Shown here one piece after another: positions 55,362-62,025 of a stretch of DNA of 62,025 nt; positions within the stretch are counted from its first letter, which is position 1, and each line of letters opens with the position of its first letter. A program made the position numbers and the translations under genes. This stretch comes from a virus (Duplodnaviria; Caudoviricetes): positions 1-62,025 of IMG/VR virus record IMGVR_UViG_3300000101_000014; one strand, given 5' to 3'. The notes under the pieces are model-generated. The model ran no database searches. It saw nothing but the letters and a program-made list of their open reading frames with translations, and was not told where the DNA came from.

Positions 55362-55853
55362 TCACTTTTTTTTGTACCAACTGGCACACGTCCAGCGGGT
55401 ACCTTTTGTTAGGGTGTTGACCCTGTGGTGGTAATGAATACCATCATAGAAGAAGATTCTGCCCTGTTTCGGGACGATGGTAGTACCATCCTGTAGTTGA
55501 GTCTCTCCCCCCTCAAACCCGTCATTTAGGTAAAGGACTGAGGTGTACATAGTGTGTTTACTTGCAACATCATTATGTAACCCCATTTTAGATCCTTCTG
55601 TCCATTTGTAGACCTGACACCACTGCATGATTGCCCCTGCGAGTTGGTTAGCGAGGATACTCTGTCGTAACCATATATCCTCTACCAACTCATGTTTCAT
55701 TGGCATATGTTCCTGATTAGGGTCACTAACAGGCACATAACTAAAGTTCAGTTTAGTGACAACTTCGGGGGCTTTCTTGTACAATCCGATCAAGGTTGCA
55801 CATTCCTCCGGTGTTATAAAGTTGTCTTCAACATAAAAGTTACAGGGTTTCAC
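55362..55853 (-). CDS. 2OG-Fe(II) oxygenase
   Basis: HND, LYLNDGFEGGE, HRV, GTRW. Confidence 0.88.
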   Translation of the reverse strand: MKPCNFYVEDNFITPEECATLIGLYKKAPEVVTKLNFSYVPVSDPNQEHMPMKHELVEDIWLRQSILANQLAGAIMQWCQVYKWTEGSKMGLHNDVASKHTMYTSVLYLNDGFEGGETQLQDGTTIVPKQGRIFFYDGIHYHHRVNTLTKGTRWTCASWYKKK

Positions 55854-56053
55854 TAATTTACCTTCGAAGTATTACCTTCAGTAGTTACGAAGAAGTCACC
55901 CTCTTCTGTTATTTCTAGAGAATCGGCATTGAATACACCCAACAATACACTAATCATATCTCTGAACCCTTCACGTCTACCAAAATATTTACCTGCAATA
56001 AATGATAGGAACATACAACCGGTCGCTAAAATGGTGTGCATATACATGTCCAT
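55853..56053 (-). CDS. Small membrane protein
   Basis: ORF track; AGGAG SD. Confidence 0.55.
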   Translation of the reverse strand: MDMYMHTILATGCMFLSFIAGKYFGRREGFRDMISVLLGVFNADSLEITEEGDFFVTTEGNTSKVN

Positions 56054-56064
56054 GTGACTACTCC

Positions 56065-57435
56065 TTACGAGAAATTGATCCGTTTAAGTTTCTCACCCTG
56101 ATCAGTGTCACCGATAGTTGGGGACGATATGATCTCCGGAGAGAGCGTCTGCTCGGAGTTATCTACATCGAATAGTCTCATCTTAGATCGATCGATACCT
56201 ACCACAAATCGTTTGTTGCGGTTAGGATCGTTGTATCGATTCTTCAATTGTTTCACCATAATCTGTCCCATCTGTTCTAGTTCTTCATTAGAGACTAAGG
56301 CGAACATCAAGTCTGCGGTAGCAGGTAGACCAAATGACTCTGAGGTATCCTCAAGGCCGGGATCTGAGTTTGCAAAACCGGATCTAGTGGTCTGAGTCGC
56401 AGACACGATCGGTACGTTGAACTCTACTGCAAGACCACGTAACTCTTCTGCGATTGCCTTGATGTATGTGTATGAGTTAATAGAACCACCCATCGCTTTC
56501 ATTCGAGAAGACGCACATATATTTAGGTAATCTATGAAGATGATTTCTGGAACAAACTTCTTCTTTAGACTCAATTCCTCAAGTAACGCACGGAAGTGAC
56601 TCGCGTGTGCCTGACCTGTGGGATATTCCTTGATGATCAATCTACCGTTGGTTCGTTTTCCAATGTCGGATACTCTGTCCTTGAACATAGTTTTAGACAT
56701 ATTTTCGATTTGGTCGATTGGGGTGTTGAGAAGGTTCGCGTCAATTCGTTCAGCGATACGTTCTTCTGACATTTCCATTGTAATGTAAAGAACGTCTCTT
56801 CCTTGTGACAGGGCCCCGGCGGCAACATGGCACATGAAGAGAGACTTACCGACACCAGTACCAGCAAGAGCAATGTTAAGAGTCTTGTTGGGTAACCCAC
56901 CCTTGGTGATGTTGTTGAAGTACTCAAGATCAAACGGGATACGTTCTTCTTGACGGTGGTAAAAATCGAATCGTTCATCTGCATTGTCCACATAGTCGTG
57001 ACCTACACTATTATCGAATGACACCCCCAATGCTTTCTGGAGAATGTCTGGTAGGGAGTTCTTAGTCAGAGTCTGATGTTTACCATCGATGATGGATATA
57101 GACTCCATGATTGCAAGGAACACAGCACGATCTTGACACCACTTCTCAGTAGTATCTAACAACCACTGAGGATCGTTGTCTTTCTTTTCAAAAAGACTTG
57201 GGATCATATCAACTGTTTCATTGTAACTGGCTTCGTTGATGCTGTCCGACTCTTCAATCTGTAGAGACAGTGCATCACGCGAAGGTAGTTTGTTGTACTT
57301 CGTCACGTACGCAATAATCTCAGCAAAGATGAGTTTAGTCACGCCTTCGAAGTATGGTTTTTTAAGGAAGGGAACGACCTTACGCATGTAAGAATCGTTC
57401 GTCAATAAGTTATTAAGTATCAGTTGTTCTTTCAT
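56065..57435 (-). CDS. 41: DnaB-like replicative helicase (T4 gp41)
   Basis: AGTGVGKS, IIKEYPT, DYLNIC, SATQTTR, SESFGLPATAD, QLKNRY. Confidence 0.95.
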   Translation of the reverse strand: MKEQLILNNLLTNDSYMRKVVPFLKKPYFEGVTKLIFAEIIAYVTKYNKLPSRDALSLQIEESDSINEASYNETVDMIPSLFEKKDNDPQWLLDTTEKWCQDRAVFLAIMESISIIDGKHQTLTKNSLPDILQKALGVSFDNSVGHDYVDNADERFDFYHRQEERIPFDLEYFNNITKGGLPNKTLNIALAGTGVGKSLFMCHVAAGALSQGRDVLYITMEMSEERIAERIDANLLNTPIDQIENMSKTMFKDRVSDIGKRTNGRLIIKEYPTGQAHASHFRALLEELSLKKKFVPEIIFIDYLNICASSRMKAMGGSINSYTYIKAIAEELRGLAVEFNVPIVSATQTTRSGFANSDPGLEDTSESFGLPATADLMFALVSNEELEQMGQIMVKQLKNRYNDPNRNKRFVVGIDRSKMRLFDVDNSEQTLSPEIISSPTIGDTDQGEKLKRINFS

Positions 57436-57721
57436 TTTCTAGTAAGGTTCCTTCATCAATTGCGTTCTCTAATACAGATTCAAGTATATCCCCCACGTAA
57501 CTGACGAGGTCTTCTCTCTCTTCTGTTAACGTTTCATCTGGTGTATATTGTATCACATAATTAAAGCGTAAGCAATCATTATCATCATCAAATCTGATAT
57601 TACCAAAACGAACCACAGTCTCAGCAAAATCGTCACGTAGGATGCGAACATCCCACGCTTGATCATTATCAGATCCCTCGGAAGGGATCAACTGGTAATC
57701 AATATCTTCGGTAACTTTCAA
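57413..57721 (-). CDS. Hypothetical protein (syntenic with T4 gp40)
   Basis: Between uvsX and 41. Confidence 0.6.
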   Translation of the reverse strand: MKVTEDIDYQLIPSEGSDNDQAWDVRILRDDFAETVVRFGNIRFDDDNDCLRFNYVIQYTPDETLTEEREDLVSYVGDILESVLENAIDEGTLLENERTTDT

Positions 57722-58764
57722 AACTCTTCCTCTAAGTCTAATGAAAGATTAGATGCCCCCACTATCGAGTACATCTGATTAACGAAGTCAATGAAGGTTT
57801 CATCTGCAAGCATTTCAGTCCAGAACTCAGGTGTCAGAGTATCTTTCTCTCGTACCTTAGTGCCTATAACTTCTCCAGTTGCACGATTGACCAATTGATA
57901 CCAACCATTACTAGGTTTAGTAACATACCCCCCAGCAAGAGCAATATCCAACAGACCGCTGTAACGCTCAATGCCACCATCCCAAGAAACTGAGATAGGA
58001 ATCTTCGACTTCTCTTTAACAAACCTAGACTTTTCCACATTGATGATAAAGTCATATCCGGTGACCTCCGTACCCTTCTTGTTCTGGCGACGACCAATGA
58101 TCCAGATATTGTCGGCAGAATAATAGATACCAGTACCACCACCTACGATATCTTTTGGAAACAAACCAATCTCTTTATAAGTGTGATTGATAGCAAGTAA
58201 TGGAATGTTCCTCATAGTCAAGTAGGGTGTCGACATACGGAACAGACCTTTGAGTGCTTTCGCACGGGACATATCCGCAACAGACTTCTCGTTGATCGCA
58301 TCTTCCAGTTCTTTCTTAGACGCAAGGTTACCGATTGAGTCGATCACAATGATCACCTTATCGTCCTTACCAATCTCTTCTAGTTGGTTGATCAGATCAA
58401 ACTTCAGTTCTTCAACATTGGTGATAGGCGTATGAAGTACACGACTAGTATCAATACCAAAGTTCTCGAAGTAAGATTGCGGGGAACCAAACTCAGAGTC
58501 ATAGAACAACATCATTGCTTCTGGATCTGAGTCAAGATAAGCAGACGCCATCTTCAAGGCAAACGATGTCTTGAAGTGTTTACTTGGCCCTGCGAGTACG
58601 GTAAGACCTGACGCGAGTCCACCATCTAATCTTCCAGACAGTGCGACATTCATCATTGGTACATCAATTCGCGTCAGTTCTTTTTCTTGGAAGAACTCTG
58701 ATTTATCGAGTACCGCAGTACCCGACACTTTGGAGTTCTTTTTGAGTTTTGCCATCAATGACAT
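57718..58764 (-). CDS. uvsX: UvsX RecA-like recombinase
   Basis: AGPSKHFKT, FYDSEFG, DSIGNLAS, INVEKSR. Confidence 0.95.
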   Translation of the reverse strand: MSLMAKLKKNSKVSGTAVLDKSEFFQEKELTRIDVPMMNVALSGRLDGGLASGLTVLAGPSKHFKTSFALKMASAYLDSDPEAMMLFYDSEFGSPQSYFENFGIDTSRVLHTPITNVEELKFDLINQLEEIGKDDKVIIVIDSIGNLASKKELEDAINEKSVADMSRAKALKGLFRMSTPYLTMRNIPLLAINHTYKEIGLFPKDIVGGGTGIYYSADNIWIIGRRQNKKGTEVTGYDFIINVEKSRFVKEKSKIPISVSWDGGIERYSGLLDIALAGGYVTKPSNGWYQLVNRATGEVIGTKVREKDTLTPEFWTEMLADETFIDFVNQMYSIVGASNLSLDLEEEF

Positions 58765-58779
58765 AATATAAAGTTCCTC

Positions 58780-59589
58780 TTATGATAAACAGTTTTCAAC
58801 AAGCGTTAACGTATCAGTTGCACCTGCGAAGATGCGAGCGTCATACTTTTCAGACTCGGTCACGAAGTTGGGAGTAACACCTTCACCTAGTGCACCTACT
58901 ACCATTCGGTTAACAATCATAGGGTTTGCGTTCTTCATGTCCATGATTGCTTCGTGTAGTTCATCGAAGTACTTCTGACGTACCATACGGTAACCAGATA
59001 CACCCAGACGGACATACACAACCTCAGCGACAGAACCAGTCTGCACCTGTTTGGCATTGAACCACGATGTGTTACGCAATACACCCATATGTTGTTCCAG
59101 ACCTTTGCCGCTACCACCCACAACCTGTAGGGATGACGTTATAACGTCTTGGACATTCTGAGAGTCTGTCATGTCAGGCATGTACACAATCTTAGCGTCA
59201 AACACTTTACGGGTCAGTGCCATCATGAGACGTTCGTATGTCTCAACATTGATCGTAGATCGAATACAGATACCTGCACCAGAGACACGAATCAACTTCT
59301 GTACAGAGGCAATAAAGTCTGCATCGTCCAATGTGTCATTCTTCTTGACATCAATCTCAGCGCACCAGAACACCACATTAGGTTTAGACTTAACAACATC
59401 ATCGATGTCGTCAACACTAGACGTGGTCACCTCAACACCTTTAGGGACGTTGAACGCACGTGCAGTTGCAGTCGTCAATACGTCATCCCCACCAATAACA
59501 GCAACCTTGAGGTCTTGACGTTCTTCAACCTCCGGTGCTGCGTTCACTTCATCACTGACGACTTCTGCGTCAATTACTTCTTCAGACAT
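58780..59589 (-). CDS. Degenerate UDP-glucose/GDP-mannose dehydrogenase-like protein
   Basis: KVAVIG, IRSTI, VYMPD, VVGG, AE helix; lacks GxGxxG and GGxC. Confidence 0.5.
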   Translation of the reverse strand: MSEEVIDAEVVSDEVNAAPEVEERQDLKVAVIGGDDVLTTATARAFNVPKGVEVTTSSVDDIDDVVKSKPNVVFWCAEIDVKKNDTLDDADFIASVQKLIRVSGAGICIRSTINVETYERLMMALTRKVFDAKIVYMPDMTDSQNVQDVITSSLQVVGGSGKGLEQHMGVLRNTSWFNAKQVQTGSVAEVVYVRLGVSGYRMVRQKYFDELHEAIMDMKNANPMIVNRMVVGALGEGVTPNFVTESEKYDARIFAGATDTLTLVENCLS

Positions 59590-59598
59590 ATTTGTCTC

Positions 59599-60522
59599 CT
59601 AGTTATTTCGATATGCATATTCTACTGCTCGATCCGCTTCAACTTCAAGTGGACGATTAGTATACCAATTTCCGGTGTCAATGTCAAGCTGTCGACATAA
59701 ATCCGCGATTTCTCTTGCGGTGATCGGATAACCACGGTTGATCGCGGTACCGGCAGTCGCGACCATGATTTGATACATCTTGTGATACCAACCTGTTTCT
59801 GAAATATACTGGTAATCTCTCGCCAGCATCTTCGGAAAGAAAGGACAATCATGATAACTTGTCCATGTAAACTCTGTGTTATTCATTGAGTTCTTACGGT
59901 GTGCAACCACCGCTTTCTGTAACTCATCTGGTAATCTATCTAGGAAGTTCTTACCTTCCTTCTCTTTGTACGGGTGTTTACCGATCAGATAATTTGCATC
60001 GATTGGTCGACCTTCGTTGCGCCATATAAAGTTGTATGCGTCCTCATACTTAGCGGGGACGTAATACATACGACTCAGATCCTTGGTCTGTTTATCTCCT
60101 ATCTCATTGAGTTCGGTGTTGAGTGCCCACCAGAACGACTTGAGTTGATCCGACTCTACCTCTTCACCCAGATTGAATACCAGTCGGAACTTGGGTTTCT
60201 CCTCACGAGAACTCGCTGTACTGTAACAGACAAAGTCCCAGTGTCCATAATCCCTGATCAACCTATCCTTCAACTCATCTGCGGGGATATCGATATCGTC
60301 CACATCTACTGCCGCCCACCCAGTCCAACACTCCACGTTCTTATTGCTACGTGTGGTATCAACCGTGTACTTGGCAGGACTGATCAGTGGCGCAGTCGCC
60401 TTAGTGTCAGGTTTGTCTGATAACATATACAACAGATACACGAACTCTTCCCATGTTTCAAATGACATGGTCTTGTTCGTTTTGTTATCATAACGATTAC
60501 GGAATAATGTTAGAGAGTACAT
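59599..60522 (-). CDS. AEP/PrimPol-like primase
   Basis: AVDVDD, YSTAS, KFRLVF, DLSRMYYVP. Confidence 0.65.
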   Translation of the reverse strand: MYSLTLFRNRYDNKTNKTMSFETWEEFVYLLYMLSDKPDTKATAPLISPAKYTVDTTRSNKNVECWTGWAAVDVDDIDIPADELKDRLIRDYGHWDFVCYSTASSREEKPKFRLVFNLGEEVESDQLKSFWWALNTELNEIGDKQTKDLSRMYYVPAKYEDAYNFIWRNEGRPIDANYLIGKHPYKEKEGKNFLDRLPDELQKAVVAHRKNSMNNTEFTWTSYHDCPFFPKMLARDYQYISETGWYHKMYQIMVATAGTAINRGYPITAREIADLCRQLDIDTGNWYTNRPLEVEADRAVEYAYRNN

Positions 60523-61091
60523 AACGCGATTTCATTCCTATACATTTGACCCTTCCATTCTTGGTCGTAGGGAAACACTTGGATCGGTTTATAATCAGTG
60601 TGTCTCAGTACGGTATGACGTACGGGTTTCTGATCCCAGTTATCAATCAGACATGCTTTGATACCTAGGTCTTGACACATAGTAGAGTCAAACTCCACTG
60701 CCCAAGGTTTATGATACCCGTCTATGAGAGCAAAGTCAAACCAATCCGTAAAGTTTTCTAACATATCGTTCTGTACGTACTGAGTCTTACCCTTGATATG
60801 ATGAAACCGACTACCATACACCTTGTTCATCTTTTCAATCTGTTCATAACGAAGTTTAGGATCAGGTACTTCATAACCTAGGTTTTCTTCAATAGGGCCG
60901 ATACAAACCAGATCCGCATCAGTATACGTCTCCAGTTGGTAGGTCGTAGAATGACCCCACAAGAAACCGATCTCCAATACCCGTTTGGGTTTGAAGTCTC
61001 GTTGTACGGTCTGAAATGCCTCCATGATTTGGTCTGTGGGTGGCATGTAACCCCACCCGTCAGTAGGCCAAATTAAGTGGTCTAGATTCAT
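60510..61091 (-). CDS. Class I SAM methyltransferase (Methyltransf_24-like)
   Basis: [19 protein letters not shown]. Confidence 0.78.
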   Translation of the reverse strand: MNLDHLIWPTDGWGYMPPTDQIMEAFQTVQRDFKPKRVLEIGFLWGHSTTYQLETYTDADLVCIGPIEENLGYEVPDPKLRYEQIEKMNKVYGSRFHHIKGKTQYVQNDMLENFTDWFDFALIDGYHKPWAVEFDSTMCQDLGIKACLIDNWDQKPVRHTVLRHTDYKPIQVFPYDQEWKGQMYRNEIALCTL

Positions 61092-62025
61092 ATCATAAAG
61101 TCCTCAAGGTTCACTCGTTCTTCCGCAGTCCATCCCAACGCATCTAAGATAGGCGTGAGTGGATCTAGGAATGTCTTGTCAAACATTATACCATAATCTA
61201 TCTTAGAATGCAAGTTTAGTTCCTTGGGTAGACCCATCGGGAAGGCGACCACGTTTTCTTTTATCTGGTTAGGAACCTTCAGATAGATAAACTTGATCTT
61301 CTCACCATCCTGAATGTGTTCGTACCTTTCAGTCAGGTCATTCTTCTGCAACGCTTTGTTGTACAGTAACGCACCTCGCACATGGATAGGTGTACCCTTC
61401 TTGTAGGTCGTATCCTTGTCTTGCCACTTAGTCAGATTAGATATCCCACGGGGGAACGCAACGTCCTCTGGATCAAACTTAGAGAAACTACGGCGGAAGT
61501 CTGCGATACGTTTCTGTGTCGCACCCTCATCACCGGTCACCATGAGACTGAACATCTTCTTCATCTCGTCTCGACACACAGACGGAGTCGATGACTTGAT
61601 CGCCTCGATACCCATCATCTTGAGTTTGGGTTCTGCGTACTGGACACCCTCGTTGTTGTGCACGTTCAGGATGTATCGTTTCTTCGCCATCCAGATACCA
61701 CGGTCTGCGATTACCTCACGTCCCATCTCCATGCGATTCTCATACGCACTGGTTTCGGTTGCGAGACCTGCATAGGCATTCGCAATAATCTTTTCGAAAT
61801 GTTCTGAACAGATCTTGTCAAGGAACTTCACTGGATCCTTGGGGTTGAACTTCTTGACCAGTTTGTCCATACCAATGTAGACCGAGTCAGTATCAATTGC
61901 GATTACATAATCTTCGTCAGTCTCCAAAAGATTGTTCATCTCATCATTACATGCCTTCTCTGCGAGTTTGATTGCACGTTGACCGGACATAGTAATGCCC
62001 TCTGCGATACGGTGGTCAAAGTATC
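61088..62025 (-). CDS. 43: Family B DNA polymerase (T4 gp43), C-terminal part
   Basis: [33 protein letters not shown]; frame continues past window edge. Confidence 0.95.
   Translation of the reverse strand, partial: YFDHRIAEGITMSGQRAIKLAEKACNDEMNNLLETDEDYVIAIDTDSVYIGMDKLVKKFNPKDPVKFLDKICSEHFEKIIANAYAGLATETSAYENRMEMGREVIADRGIWMAKKRYILNVHNNEGVQYAEPKLKMMGIEAIKSSTPSVCRDEMKKMFSLMVTGDEGATQKRIADFRRSFSKFDPEDVAFPRGISNLTKWQDKDTTYKKGTPIHVRGALLYNKALQKNDLTERYEHIQDGEKIKFIYLKVPNQIKENVVAFPMGLPKELNLHSKIDYGIMFDKTFLDPLTPILDALGWTAEERVNLEDFMI

Noticed and set aside
61088-61990. Split DNA polymerase (gp43B)
   Set aside because: Frame stays open to the window edge; truncation is a window artefact
1-62025. + strand ORFs (e.g. 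2203-2760, 7423-8148, 41658-42362)
   Set aside because: Antisense to tightly packed, motif-bearing minus-strand genes; no recognisable motifs
1-62025. Stop-codon reassignment
   Set aside because: Conserved genes are full length in the standard code and all three stops are used

Overview
A 62 kb segment of a large T4-like (myovirus-type) dsDNA phage genome, most likely marine. Essentially every real gene lies on the minus strand; + strand ORFs are antisense shadows. In transcription order (right to left): (1) replication block with gp43 polymerase (truncated by the window edge), a methyltransferase, an AEP/PrimPol-like protein, a degenerate nucleotide-sugar dehydrogenase, UvsX and gp41 helicase; (2) an early region of small ORFs behind repeated sigma70-like promoter cassettes, ending in a Mesh1/SpoT-like HD hydrolase, a non-canonical tRNA-Gly-like RNA and a terminator; (3) a late region (TATAAATA promoters) with a PD-(D/E)xK nuclease and several putative capsid-internal proteins carrying T4-type capsid-targeting N-termini and apparent polyprotein architecture; (4) a six-gene operon of secreted, pilin/chaperone-like proteins; (5) iscU-iscA, spanins, nrdA (glutaredoxin fusion), nrdB, a carbamoyltransferase, phoH and lysozyme; (6) a ~14 kb glycosylation/modification cluster; (7) exonuclease, hemO-pcyX, a SleB-like hydrolase, dCMP deaminase and a DenV-like gene. 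No capsid/tail genes, CRISPR array, integrase or IS were seen. All family calls come from motif recognition by eye, not database searches.
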